A stretch of DNA of 64,000 nt from Acidimicrobiales bacterium (GTDB taxonomy: Bacteria > Actinomycetota > Acidimicrobiia > Acidimicrobiales > Bog-793). The stretch lies in assembly GCA_050744865.1 (NCBI GenBank), contig JBOGHW010000032.1, positions 5,047-69,046 on the forward strand. The letters are read 5' to 3'. Each line of letters starts with the position of its first letter. Position 1 is the stretch's first letter. The notes beneath the pieces were generated by a model, which saw only the letters and a list, made by a program, of their open reading frames with translations, was not told the DNA's origin and did not search any database. Below are positions 33,637 to 43,353 of the stretch, piece by piece. A program made the position numbers and the translations under genes.

Positions 33637-35202
33637 GTGTCGGCTCAAAAGTCAGACGAGGTAGCACACCTCGCCGCCGCAAAGGATCGGGGGGCAGAGA
33701 CTGAGCACTCGGTTCCGCGCGTCCGCCTGACGGATCACTACTCCACCGGTCGCAGGCTCGCTGTGAGGGGGCCGGTAAAGCGACTTGGCTTCGTAGCCGC
33801 ATCAGTTCTGCTCTGCGGTGCGACTGCCTTCCTGGCTGTCGCCCTGGCTCACTTCCTCGTCGACGGGCAGCTGCTCGTCAAGAGGCACTACGAGAGCGGC
33901 GGATATACGACCAACCGGGCCTACATACTGATGGGGGGCGTGGCCGGCGTGGCGACGTGCGTCCTCACCCTCATGTCCCGCCTCGAGAAGTCCCGCGGCC
34001 CGGCCGGGTTCTTGGAGGAGTGGGTCGAAGCCAGTAAAGAGGCGTTCGTAGTCGGCATCGCCCTTGTGATCGTCGCCTTCTTCTGGCGCCCCGCTCTCGT
34101 CGCGAACTCGAACTTCTCCCGGGGCACCATCCTCATGTGCTGCCTCCTCCTCGTGTTCATGCTGGGCGCCATGAGGTCGGTGCTGCGCGCCTGCCTCTTG
34201 CAGATGCGAAAGCTCGGCCGCAACCTTGCCTCTGTCGTGGTCATCGGCGACGGGCCATCGGCCAGGTCGTTCATGGACACGCTGGAGCAGGACGGCTGCG
34301 GCTACAAGGTCGTGGCCCACGTGACCGACACCCAGATCGAGCATGACATCGGCGAGGTCCTCGGGGGGCTGTCGAGCGACCTGCCGATCGACGAGGTGGT
34401 CATCACGTCGTTCGCCATGGCACCCGAGCAACTGGCCCGGATCATCAGCCATCCGGGCATGCGCAATGCCAGGCTGCGTGCCGTACCTGAGATGTTCGGG
34501 CTCCCCCCTTCCAAGGTACAGATCGAGTCGTTCGGCGATTTCCCGCTGCTCACGCTGTTCGAGAACCCCGTGCGGGGTGTCCACTGGGTCGTCAAGCGGG
34601 CGGTCGACCTCGTCGGCGCCTCAGTCCTCCTCGTCGTCATGGGGCTGCCGATGCTCGTCATGGCGCTCGCAGTTCACGCCACCTCGGAGGGGCCTGTCCT
34701 GTTCCGCCAGGAGCGAGTGGGCATGGACGGCAAGCGATTCCAGCTCCTCAAGTTCCGGAGTATGGAGGCCGGCGTCTCCGACCAGGCGCACCGCGACTTC
34801 ATGACCCAGTTACTGAAGAGCCAGGTGTCCTCGGACAGCGCGGACGACGACTTCTTCAAGCTCACCGACGACCCGCGTGTAACCGCAATAGGTCATTTCC
34901 TCCGGCGCTTCTCGCTCGACGAGCTTCCCCAGTTGCTGAACGTGCTGCGAGGCGAGATGAGCCTTGTCGGTCCGCGCCCCGCCTTGGCCTACGAGGTCGA
35001 CCTATACGACGACTGGCAGCGGCGCCGGCTCGATGTTCTTCCCGGCATGACGGGTCTGTGGCAGGTGAGCGGGCGGTCTCGTCTCAGCCCCGCCGACATG
35101 CTCCGTCTCGACGTCCACTACGCCGACACCTGGTCGCTGGTGGGCGATCTGCTGATCATCTTGAAGACTGTCCCCGCCATTCTCCACGACAACGCCAGGT
35201 AG
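33637..35202 (+). CDS. polyprenyl-phosphate glycosyl-1-phosphate transferase (WbaP/EpsB-type priming sugar transferase)
   Basis: N-terminal TM bundle plus the C-terminal bacterial sugar transferase core: KRAVDLVGASVLLVV..., GPVLFRQERVGMDGKRFQLLKFRSM, DELPQLLNVLRGEMSLVGPRP. Confidence 0.85.
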   Translation: MSAQKSDEVAHLAAAKDRGAETEHSVPRVRLTDHYSTGRRLAVRGPVKRLGFVAASVLLCGATAFLAVALAHFLVDGQLLVKRHYESGGYTTNRAYILMGGVAGVATCVLTLMSRLEKSRGPAGFLEEWVEASKEAFVVGIALVIVAFFWRPALVANSNFSRGTILMCCLLLVFMLGAMRSVLRACLLQMRKLGRNLASVVVIGDGPSARSFMDTLEQDGCGYKVVAHVTDTQIEHDIGEVLGGLSSDLPIDEVVITSFAMAPEQLARIISHPGMRNARLRAVPEMFGLPPSKVQIESFGDFPLLTLFENPVRGVHWVVKRAVDLVGASVLLVVMGLPMLVMALAVHATSEGPVLFRQERVGMDGKRFQLLKFRSMEAGVSDQAHRDFMTQLLKSQVSSDSADDDFFKLTDDPRVTAIGHFLRRFSLDELPQLLNVLRGEMSLVGPRPALAYEVDLYDDWQRRRLDVLPGMTGLWQVSGRSRLSPADMLRLDVHYADTWSLVGDLLIILKTVPAILHDNAR

Positions 35203-35220
35203 CCCTCTGGCATCTCGGAG

Positions 35221-36960
35221 ATGAGCTTCAAAAGGGCGCGCCATAGCGCCGGAAGCCGAGCCCGGCAGTCCGGGCTCCTCGGCATCGAATTGCCGGGGAC
35301 CCACTTACCGGGGACCCACTTACCCGCGACCCAGGTGCCAGCGGCCGAGGTACAGGAGCAGGAAGCGGAGGAGGCAGACAGCGACCAGGCGCGAGGCGAG
35401 CTCCGCGTAGCTGCCCGCCGCGGTACTGCGTTCACCGTCGGCTTGTTCGCGAGCGCCATCGTCCAGTTCGCCTTCTTGACGCTCATAACCCACACGATCG
35501 ACCAGAAAGAGGCGGGCGCTCTCTTCGAAGCGATGGCCGTGTTCACGATCTGCAGCAACGCCGCCGAGCTGGGAGCCGACAGCGGGCTGCTCCGCCTGCT
35601 GCCCATCTACCGCAGGCGGAGGGCTCAGGACGTCCGCCGCCTGGCCCTTGTGGCGCTCGTGCCCGCCCTCGTCGTCTCCTGCCTGGCGGCGCTCGCCGTC
35701 TTCCTGTTCGCCGACCAGCTGACCAACGTATTCGTCCATCACGCTCCGAGGGCAAGCTCGGCGGACGATCTCAGGATCCTGGCGCTCTTCCTGCCTGCCT
35801 CCACCGTCTCGACAGTCGTGTGCGCCGGGCTCCTCAGCTGGTCGGCCAAGCAGTCTGTCGCCCTGAACAGCTTCTTTACGCCGTTCACGCGCCCTGTTCT
35901 GTTCGCTGGCTTCATGATCGTCGGGGTCACGCCAGAGCTGGCCGCCTTGGCCTGGGCGCTGCCTCTGGGCGCGACTTGCGTGGCGAGTGCCGTGCTATTG
36001 GCCCGCAAAGTGCGACGCTCCCCTGCCTCCCGGGAGTCGACGGGTTACTGGGTCCAGATGTGGCCGGCGTCCTTCGGCCGCATCGCAAAGGAGTTCTGGC
36101 TCTTCAGCCTGCCTCGGACGTTCGGGGCGATCTTCCAGATACTCGTCACCTACTTCGACGTCCTGCTTGTCGGCGCTTACATGGCGACGAAGTACGCGGC
36201 TGCATACTCTGTCGCCAGCAGATACGTCCTGTTGAGCACGTTCGCCCTGCAGGCGGTCGGGAACGCCGTGCCGACACAGCTCAGCCGCCTCATGGATGCG
36301 CGCAGTTACGGCAGGGTCCGCCAGGTCTACGCCTCGACGACTTGGTGGACCATCGCCTTCTCGTGGCCACCCCTCCTCGTGCTGGCTGTGTTCGGGCCCT
36401 TGTTCCTGTCCGTGTTCGGCCCCGGCTATGGCGTGGCGTCGACTGCCCTTGCCGTCTTGGCCCTCTCGATGCTGGCGAACATCGGAACGGGACCGAACGG
36501 CGTACTGCTGCTGATGGCCGGGCGCAGCCGGCTGAACCTCACCTTGCAGGCCGTCGGCCTGGTCACCAACATCGTTCTCAACCTGCTCCTCATCCCGCGT
36601 ATTGGGCTTCTCGGGGCGGCGATCGCCTGGGCTGTCACGATCCTGCTCACCTCGGGCCTGGCCTCGGCCATGCTCTGGCGCCAGATCGGCATCGAGCCGT
36701 TCGGGAAGGGATACGCGGTGGTGGCGGGCGCAGCGCTCGGGTGCTTCGGAGTGCTCGGCGCGCTCACCCGAGCGACCTTGGGGGTAGGACTGCTGCCCTT
36801 TGCAGGCTTTGCGGTCGTCAGTTGCTCCCTCTACGGCGTCATCCTCTGGAAGAGCCGCGGCGTCCTCAATCTCGACGCCTTCATGGCGACCTTCGGCCGC
36901 TTCGGCAAGCAGCTCCGGCGCTTTAGGCGGGACAGCCCGGCCGCAAAGGTGCGGGTCTAG
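35221..36960 (+). CDS. MOP/PST-family polysaccharide flippase (Wzx-like)
   Basis: About 12-14 hydrophobic segments, and position next to the priming transferase. The N-terminal ~60 codons are low complexity with a 15-bp repeat, so the start is uncertain. Confidence 0.7.
   Translation: MSFKRARHSAGSRARQSGLLGIELPGTHLPGTHLPATQVPAAEVQEQEAEEADSDQARGELRVAARRGTAFTVGLFASAIVQFAFLTLITHTIDQKEAGALFEAMAVFTICSNAAELGADSGLLRLLPIYRRRRAQDVRRLALVALVPALVVSCLAALAVFLFADQLTNVFVHHAPRASSADDLRILALFLPASTVSTVVCAGLLSWSAKQSVALNSFFTPFTRPVLFAGFMIVGVTPELAALAWALPLGATCVASAVLLARKVRRSPASRESTGYWVQMWPASFGRIAKEFWLFSLPRTFGAIFQILVTYFDVLLVGAYMATKYAAAYSVASRYVLLSTFALQAVGNAVPTQLSRLMDARSYGRVRQVYASTTWWTIAFSWPPLLVLAVFGPLFLSVFGPGYGVASTALAVLALSMLANIGTGPNGVLLLMAGRSRLNLTLQAVGLVTNIVLNLLLIPRIGLLGAAIAWAVTILLTSGLASAMLWRQIGIEPFGKGYAVVAGAALGCFGVLGALTRATLGVGLLPFAGFAVVSCSLYGVILWKSRGVLNLDAFMATFGRFGKQLRRFRRDSPAAKVRV
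35295..35339 (+). repeat. 15-bp tandem repeat (2 perfect + 1 diverged copy), in frame
   Basis: ggggacccacttacc at 35295-35309 and 35310-35324, then cgcgacccaggtgcc; encodes LPGTHLPGTHLPATQVP. Confidence 0.9.
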
Positions 36961-37718
36961 GGCAACGGGGTGTTACCCCCGGGGGCAATCTCGTCGACAA
37001 CCTCCAAGAAACGATAGTCCGCCGCATACCACGCCCTCAGATTCCCCACCGCTGCCTGGCTGAGAACGGCGGGACAGTCCTTGCTGGGACCGGCAACGCC
37101 CGAGCCTGCCGCTTCGGCGAAGCGCCTGTGGGCGCGGCTGTCGTCGCTCGGAAGCTCGATGGAGGCCAGCTCGAGGGCGGTTGCAAGGCAGGTGACGTCG
37201 AGCGACTCCTGGTGCCCGACCCAGAGCAGGCGGGGAGCCTGCCGGCGAAAGTACGCCTCGTCGCCGAACCAGTGCCAGTAGGACTGGTTGACGTGGCGGA
37301 TCGAGGCCATGGCATGCTCGGCAGCGCGCTGCTCCTCACCGCCGGCACTGAGCGCCTGGCCAAGCTCGTCAGGAGACCCGTAACGAGCGAACGCCGCCTC
37401 TTCCTCCGGCCGCCACGGCACGAAGTGCGCCGGTCGACCCTGCCGCTGCCGGCTGCGAAAGCCGCTCTCGTAACGGCTGAGGGGATCGCGCACGCAGAAG
37501 AAGAAGGCGTCGCCGGCCGGCAGATCCATCAAACGGAGCGGGTGCGTGTGCAACATCAGGTAGTACCGGCCGCTGTTGCTCTGGTGGCTGAGCCCGGCCT
37601 TGATGGCCGTCCCGGCCGTCTTGCCGACGTGGATGAAGTGCGCGACTTTGCGGCCGCGGGCGCGCTGGCGCAGCCGCTCGACCCGGCGCGCCGGCGTGAA
37701 GCGGGGCTTTGACAGCAC
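36957..37718 (-). CDS. sulfotransferase-family protein (family-2-like)
   Basis: VAHFIHVGKTAGTAIKAGL matches the FIH(I/V)PKTGGT-type PAPS-binding motif of Sulfotransfer_2 proteins; ...YLMLHTHPL... Confidence 0.6.
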   Translation of the reverse strand: MLSKPRFTPARRVERLRQRARGRKVAHFIHVGKTAGTAIKAGLSHQSNSGRYYLMLHTHPLRLMDLPAGDAFFFCVRDPLSRYESGFRSRQRQGRPAHFVPWRPEEEAAFARYGSPDELGQALSAGGEEQRAAEHAMASIRHVNQSYWHWFGDEAYFRRQAPRLLWVGHQESLDVTCLATALELASIELPSDDSRAHRRFAEAAGSGVAGPSKDCPAVLSQAAVGNLRAWYAADYRFLEVVDEIAPGGNTPLP

Positions 37719-38944
37719 GCCGCCGACACTACCGGCTGGCGCCTGCAGCCGTGAGGCCCGCTGTGAGCCTTAGACTCGCCAACTTGTCCGATCCAGGTTC
37801 ACCCAGCCGCCCGCAACGGCCCGTCCTCGTTATCGGGACGCTCGTGGTTGCCATCGTCGCCCTGACAACTGTCGGCATCGTGCTGGCTGCGCACGACCGC
37901 GGCCCCACCCGCGCTGCCTCCGTCCCGACTTCACAGCCGCCGGCAGGTGCCGGCATCCGCGTGGTGGGGACGCAGATCCTCGGCCCCGGCGGCAAGCCCT
38001 TCGTCCCTTACGGGATCGTCGTCACCGGGTTCTCGGACAGCGGGTGGAGGGCCAGCCTGCCAAGCGACAACGCCCAGATCAAGGCGATAGCCACGGCCTG
38101 GCACGGCAACACCGTGCGCCTTCAGGTGGCGCCGGAGGACCTGTTCCCCGGCGGGAGCACACACCCGGACGCCACCTTCCTGGCGGACCTCAACAAGACT
38201 GTCACCTACGCCAGGTCGCTCGGTCTGGTGGTCATCATCACCGCCCAGACCGAGCACAGTACGCAGGCCACGATGCCCGACGCATCGATCGTGGCCTTCT
38301 GGAAGTTGATCGCGCCCGCCTACTCCCACGACCCGGACGTATGGTTCGACCTATTCAACGAACCGCGTCTCAAGCACGCCGAGAGCTCGGTCTGGGACAT
38401 CTGGCAGAACGGCGGGGACGGCTACGTGGGCATGCAGAGCCTCGTCGACACGATCCGGGCTTCGGCCGGCAACGTCATCCTCGCCGAGGGAGTGGACTTC
38501 GCACGCACTCTCGCCGGGCTCTCGGGCCATTGGCTGTCTGGCTACAACATCGTCTACGAAGTGCACGCCTTCTTCGTGCGCCCGGGCGACGTGACACCGA
38601 CGGCCTGGAGCCGCAACTGGGGAAACCTCTCCAAGAAGGTGCCGATCGTGATAGGAGCCTGGTCGGAGTACGCGGCAAAGAAGGCCGACTGCGTCACGAA
38701 CGCCAAGACTCTGGTGCCCGAGTTCCTCGACTACGTGAACAGTCACGGCCTAGGCCTCATCGGTTGGACCCTCCGGCCCGGCGTGCTCATCGACGGGACG
38801 GATCTCGCCAAGCCGACGACATTCAGCCCGGACGCTCCCTACGTCTGCAGCAACCAGGAGGCGAAGGCCGACCCTCAGGGCGCCGGCCAGGACCTGATGA
38901 GATTCTTCGCCGCCAACGCGCTGCCGGCTCCCGCGGTGGGGTGA
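37709..38944 (+). CDS. membrane-anchored glycoside hydrolase family 5-like protein
   Basis: N-terminal TM (VLVIGTLVVAIVALTTVGIVLAA). WHGNTVRL, WFDLFNEPRL (NEP acid/base Glu), VPIVIGAWSEY (candidate nucleophile Glu). The start is uncertain (TTG 37709, GTG 37751/37763). Confidence 0.6.
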   Translation: MTARRRHYRLAPAAVRPAVSLRLANLSDPGSPSRPQRPVLVIGTLVVAIVALTTVGIVLAAHDRGPTRAASVPTSQPPAGAGIRVVGTQILGPGGKPFVPYGIVVTGFSDSGWRASLPSDNAQIKAIATAWHGNTVRLQVAPEDLFPGGSTHPDATFLADLNKTVTYARSLGLVVIITAQTEHSTQATMPDASIVAFWKLIAPAYSHDPDVWFDLFNEPRLKHAESSVWDIWQNGGDGYVGMQSLVDTIRASAGNVILAEGVDFARTLAGLSGHWLSGYNIVYEVHAFFVRPGDVTPTAWSRNWGNLSKKVPIVIGAWSEYAAKKADCVTNAKTLVPEFLDYVNSHGLGLIGWTLRPGVLIDGTDLAKPTTFSPDAPYVCSNQEAKADPQGAGQDLMRFFAANALPAPAVG

Positions 38945-38946
38945 TC

Positions 38947-40116
38947 TCAGCGCCGGCCGGCAGCGGGCCGGGCGGCACCGGAGGCGGGCATCTGGTCGGC
39001 CGTCTGGCGAGGCGTCTGGCCGGCTGTCTGCAGCAGCACCTCCAGGGCGGACGTGCCGCCGGAAGCGTAGGCAGGACTCACACCGGCCGGTTCGGAGGGC
39101 GGGAGGGACAGCGCCTCCTCGATTGCCATCGCCAGGGCGCCGGCGTCTCCTGCAGGCACGAGCACGTGCCCGGGCGTGCCTTCGACCATCTCGGCGAGCG
39201 GCCCTACGCGTGTGGCGATCACCTGGGTGCCCGACGCCAAAGCTTCCTGCACGACGAGGCAGCCGCCCTCGGTGAAGCTCGGCACGACGCAGACCCAGGC
39301 GCGCCTCAGCCACTCGTAGCGCTCGTCGCCGTACACCGGCCCGACGCGCACGACGCGCTCGTCGCCGTCGATGATCTCGAGCGCCCTGGACCACTCCGCC
39401 TGCCCACAGAAACGTGCCTCGTAGCCCGGCAGCCGCCTGTACTCCGGCCCGACCAGCACGAGCCGGGCGGGGACCGTTACCTGCCTGAAGGCGGACATCA
39501 GGACCTGGCAGCCTTTGGCGGGCGAGATGACGCCGAGGTACACCACCGTCGGCTCGGCTGACTTGGGACGCGAGCGCGCCTCAGCCACCGCAGCCGGCAG
39601 GCTCGGACGGTTGGGCACGAACGTCGTGGCACGGCCGCAGAAGCGCAGCCCCCTTACGTTGGCGACGAAAGACGTCCGCGGCATCCTGGCAACGATTCGA
39701 TAGGCAAGCTTGGCGACCCGGGGGCGCGTCTGCATCTCGGCCCGGAACTCGCCGTGCAGGTGCACGACAGTGGACCGCCGAGCGCCTCCGCTCAGCGCGG
39801 CCAGGGCAAGGGCGGCGATGTCGCGGCCGAGGCCCCAGCCTTGCTGGGACAGCGGTGCGTACACGACGGTCCCAGCTCGGCGATGCCTGAAACATGCCCG
39901 CGCCAACCCGGCGATAGTCGAGGCGGCACCGCCGAGCGCGTTGAACGAGAACCACCCGCGTTCGTCGCTCGGCGTGTATGCGGACCAGTCCAGCCACTCG
40001 AAGCGGGCACCCGAAGCCTCCAGCGCGTGTTTGAGGTCGTTGTTGAGCTGCTCGACACCGCTCTGGCGGACGTCGGTCCGGCCCACGCAAACGACAAGAG
40101 CGCCGCTGCCGCGCAT
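38947..40116 (-). CDS. glycosyltransferase family 4 (GT-B)
   Basis: VVPSFTEGGCLVVQEALASGTQVIATRVGPLAEMV (EX7E region). Confidence 0.8.
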   Translation of the reverse strand: MRGSGALVVCVGRTDVRQSGVEQLNNDLKHALEASGARFEWLDWSAYTPSDERGWFSFNALGGAASTIAGLARACFRHRRAGTVVYAPLSQQGWGLGRDIAALALAALSGGARRSTVVHLHGEFRAEMQTRPRVAKLAYRIVARMPRTSFVANVRGLRFCGRATTFVPNRPSLPAAVAEARSRPKSAEPTVVYLGVISPAKGCQVLMSAFRQVTVPARLVLVGPEYRRLPGYEARFCGQAEWSRALEIIDGDERVVRVGPVYGDERYEWLRRAWVCVVPSFTEGGCLVVQEALASGTQVIATRVGPLAEMVEGTPGHVLVPAGDAGALAMAIEEALSLPPSEPAGVSPAYASGGTSALEVLLQTAGQTPRQTADQMPASGAARPAAGRR

Positions 40117-40119
40117 GCC

Positions 40120-41142
40120 TCAAGCAGCCACAAGCGGGTGGACCCTGCTCAGCAGCAGGGCGACGAACGATCGGAGCGCTTCTCTGCCAGGCGCCCGGCG
40201 CTCGCCCATCACCTGTCGTGCGGGGAGGTCGAGATCCTTCAGGTCCCGCAGGCAGACCAAACGGCCTTTGGTCTCCAGCCAGCTGTCGACGGCTGCCGGC
40301 TTGCCCTCGAAGATCGAGTAGGTAGGCGTGCCCAGCACCGCCGACTCCCTGGTCATGGATCCGCCGCCACCCACGAAGACGTCAGCGGCATAGAGGAGGT
40401 CTGGGCCCGACACGGGGTCGAAGAGAACACGCACACCCTGGCGGTGTTCGTAACGCTCTCCCTGTGATCTCGTGCGCGGGCTGATAAGGACCGAGCAGCC
40501 GAGCTCAGCGAGCCTGTCGATTACGGCGTCGCAGATCGAGTTGGCGTGGCGATGGTAGAGCGCGCCTTCGGCCGCCGGCCTCACGACGGCGAGACGATCC
40601 CTCTCGCCAACCCCGAGCTTGGCCCTGAACCCCGCTTCTGGCCGGAAGCCCGCCAATGCGATGTCCTCCTTGAGTCCGGCATAGGGCATGTAGCGGCGGC
40701 GGGACAGCCCGAACTTGCGCACGGCTCCGTAGGGGATCACGTCAGGCAGGGCCACCAGGTTCGACGCTCGGAAGCCGACGTGGTTGGCGGGGTGGTGCTC
40801 GTAGTCCATCATCGTCACCGACGGGACCCGCAAGGCGCGGGCCGCCACTGCCTGGGCATTGGAGGCGTGACCGAGGGCGACGTCGACGTGCTGGCGGCGC
40901 ATTGCCAAATAAAGAGCAGCAGCGCGGCCGGCAATTGCCGTCCCCTTCGAGGCCTGGTCCATCCGGAATCCCTGCGACCCGATGACTTGCGTGTCGGGCC
41001 ACGTACGTTCTGCCAATGCTCTGGCCTGCCCGCGGTCCCAGACCGTGAACACGAACCTGTGGCCCTCTTCCTGCAGCGCCTCGACGACCGGCTTGAAGAC
41101 CGTCACGTTGGGCGCGTTGGCTATGTCAACCCACCACTTCAT
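40120..41142 (-). CDS. DUF354 protein (GT-B/epimerase-like, polysaccharide loci)
   Basis: MKWWVDIANAPNVTVFKPVVEALQEEGHRFVFTVWDRGQ..., MMDYEHH, PYAGLKEDIALAGF, GGGGSMTRESAVLGTPTYSIFEG; collinear with DUF354 as I remember it. Confidence 0.7.
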   Translation of the reverse strand: MKWWVDIANAPNVTVFKPVVEALQEEGHRFVFTVWDRGQARALAERTWPDTQVIGSQGFRMDQASKGTAIAGRAAALYLAMRRQHVDVALGHASNAQAVAARALRVPSVTMMDYEHHPANHVGFRASNLVALPDVIPYGAVRKFGLSRRRYMPYAGLKEDIALAGFRPEAGFRAKLGVGERDRLAVVRPAAEGALYHRHANSICDAVIDRLAELGCSVLISPRTRSQGERYEHRQGVRVLFDPVSGPDLLYAADVFVGGGGSMTRESAVLGTPTYSIFEGKPAAVDSWLETKGRLVCLRDLKDLDLPARQVMGERRAPGREALRSFVALLLSRVHPLVAA

Positions 41143-41175
41143 CTCAGTTCCCCCCTGTTTTGCTTGATCAACTAG

Positions 41176-42447
41176 TCAGAGATGCTCCACGCCCTCCCGG
41201 AATACCTTGTGCCTCGTGTCGAGGAAGCATTTCGAAGCCTCCGCCAACGAGCGCAAGTCGAAGTCGTCATGGTCCGTGAGCAACAGGACGCCGTCGGCGC
41301 GGGCTGCCTCGGCTGGGGAAGCTTCTACTCTCGTCACGCGGTCGTCCAGCGGGTTCGGCCCGGCCATGCAGTCAGCCAGCCTGACAGTGGCCCCGAGGTC
41401 GAGCAGCCGCTCGACCACCGGGACGGCTGGAGACTGGCGCGAGTCCGAGGAATTCGCCTTGTAGCCGAGGCCGAGCACAAGGATCGTCGAGCCCTTGACG
41501 GAGCGCTCGCGCTCGTTGAACATCAACATCAGGCGCCGCACGACGTAGTCCGGCATGTGCTCGTTGACGTCGTTGGCGATCTCGACAAACCTGAACGGGT
41601 GCCCTAGGCGCCTCGACACGCGCCACGACAAGTACGTCGGGTCGACGGGGATGCAATGCCCTCCGACTCCAGGGCCGGGCAGGAACTGCATGTAGCCGAA
41701 GGGCTTGGTGGCCGCCCCTCGCAGTGCTTCCCAGATGTCTATGCCGAGCTCGAACGACGCCATCGCCAGCTCGTTGACCAAGGCGATGTTGACGTGGCGG
41801 AAGGTGTTCTCGACGAGCTTGGCCAGCTCGGCCTCGGCCGTTCCTGTCATCGCCACGGTATGGTCGACGACAGTGTCGTAGAACGCCTTGACGACCGCCA
41901 GGGAACCCTCGTCGATGCCCGCCACGAGCTTCGGCGTGTTCCGGAGATGCCACTCCGGGTTACCGGGGTCGATCCGCTCAGGGCTGTAGCCGAGGTGGAA
42001 GTCGACGCCGGCCAATAGGCCGGAGCCACGCTCGAGGATGGGCGCGACGACCTCGTCAGTCGTCCCGGGGTAAGTCGTCGACTCCAGCACGACGCAACAG
42101 CCTGGCGTCAGGTACGGCGTCAGCAGCTCACAGGCCTGCTCGATGTAAGAGACATCGGGCAGTCCTTCGCGCAGCGGTGTCGGCACTGTGATGACAGCCA
42201 CGGCGAAGCCTTCGAGCGCGACGATGTCGGTCGTCGGGCGATACCTGCCTGTCGCCAGAGCCACCTGCAGGTGCTCGTCTGTGACATCTTCGATGTAGGA
42301 CTCCCCTGCCGCCAAGGAGTCGACGCGCAGCTTGTCGACGTCGTAGCCGACCACGTCATAGCCTGCCTCGACCGCCCTCACGGCCAAGGGCAGGCCGACG
42401 TAGCCCTGTCCTACTACTGCAACTAACCCCCCAGTCACTTTTTTCAC
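41176..42447 (-). CDS. nucleotide-sugar dehydrogenase (UDP-ManNAc/UDP-GlcNAc 6-dehydrogenase type)
   Basis: VAVVGQGYVGLPLAV Rossmann motif, ...GPGVGGHCIPVDP (catalytic Cys)... Confidence 0.85.
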   Translation of the reverse strand: MKKVTGGLVAVVGQGYVGLPLAVRAVEAGYDVVGYDVDKLRVDSLAAGESYIEDVTDEHLQVALATGRYRPTTDIVALEGFAVAVITVPTPLREGLPDVSYIEQACELLTPYLTPGCCVVLESTTYPGTTDEVVAPILERGSGLLAGVDFHLGYSPERIDPGNPEWHLRNTPKLVAGIDEGSLAVVKAFYDTVVDHTVAMTGTAEAELAKLVENTFRHVNIALVNELAMASFELGIDIWEALRGAATKPFGYMQFLPGPGVGGHCIPVDPTYLSWRVSRRLGHPFRFVEIANDVNEHMPDYVVRRLMLMFNERERSVKGSTILVLGLGYKANSSDSRQSPAVPVVERLLDLGATVRLADCMAGPNPLDDRVTRVEASPAEAARADGVLLLTDHDDFDLRSLAEASKCFLDTRHKVFREGVEHL

Positions 42448-42489
42448 CTTACGTTACGTGCCGGGGAAACTGCAAACTTGGAGCCGTCT

Positions 42490-43353
42490 TCACACCCACA
42501 TCTCCCGCCCGAGCAACTCGAACAGCTCGTTGTTGTGTCGTGCGAAGTGGCCGCGGAGGCTGTCGATGGTGCTGCTCGGAGCGTCCGACGCCCGGGCCGC
42601 CCCGTTGAGGACGGGCAAGCTCGAGGAGCTGGCCGGAAGACCCAGCCACTCGAGGACCTCGCCGGCAGCCACCGGGTCGCGGAGCACCTGCTCGCTCTCG
42701 ACGACAAGGAGCCGGTCCCGCCCGACTGCTTCGAACCAGCGACGCAGCTGCGATGCGTACTCCCCCCTGGCGGCATAGGAGTGGTGCTGGTGGGAGTAAT
42801 GCCCCTCCCCGCGGAGGACGACGTCATGCGAACCCTGCAGGCGCTCGGCCTCGAGGGCTATCGCCCTGTCGAATGGTTCGTGCTCGTGACCGGCCGCGTA
42901 CTCGTGCCAGTACTGGCTGACGGCCCGGGCCACAGGCTCGCGCAACAGGGCGACGTAACGAGTCGCGCCGTCGAGGTCTCGGGCAGCCCGCTCCGGCGAG
43001 AGGGGGTGGAAGAGCATGTAAGGGCTCGCCTCGCCCGTGGCCATGCCCGGGCGGCCCGCCCGGAAGTGCGACTTGTACCAGTTCTCTCCGCGGTCGTAAT
43101 TGACGTCGAAGTAGTGGATCTCTTTCCTGACCGCCGCCATGGCGCCGGGTTGCGAGCAGATCCACTCGTACACCGACGTCGTGCCGGCCCGTTGCGCACC
43201 GATGATCACGAACGACGGGAGGGGGCGCCGGCCTGGCGTGGCCAGGCGCAACCGGTAGCCCGGCAGCCGCGACAGTGCCCGCACCTGCGAACGAGCGCGA
43301 GCTTTCGCACCAGCCCGGGCGGAGGCAGGGTCGGAGCGAGGGTCGGCGCTCAT
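42490..43353 (-). CDS. sulfotransferase-family protein
   Basis: FVIIGAQRAGTTSVYEWI (5'-PSB motif). ATG 43353 overlaps the wecB TGA (ATGA). Confidence 0.7.
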   Translation of the reverse strand: MSADPRSDPASARAGAKARARSQVRALSRLPGYRLRLATPGRRPLPSFVIIGAQRAGTTSVYEWICSQPGAMAAVRKEIHYFDVNYDRGENWYKSHFRAGRPGMATGEASPYMLFHPLSPERAARDLDGATRYVALLREPVARAVSQYWHEYAAGHEHEPFDRAIALEAERLQGSHDVVLRGEGHYSHQHHSYAARGEYASQLRRWFEAVGRDRLLVVESEQVLRDPVAAGEVLEWLGLPASSSSLPVLNGAARASDAPSSTIDSLRGHFARHNNELFELLGREMWV

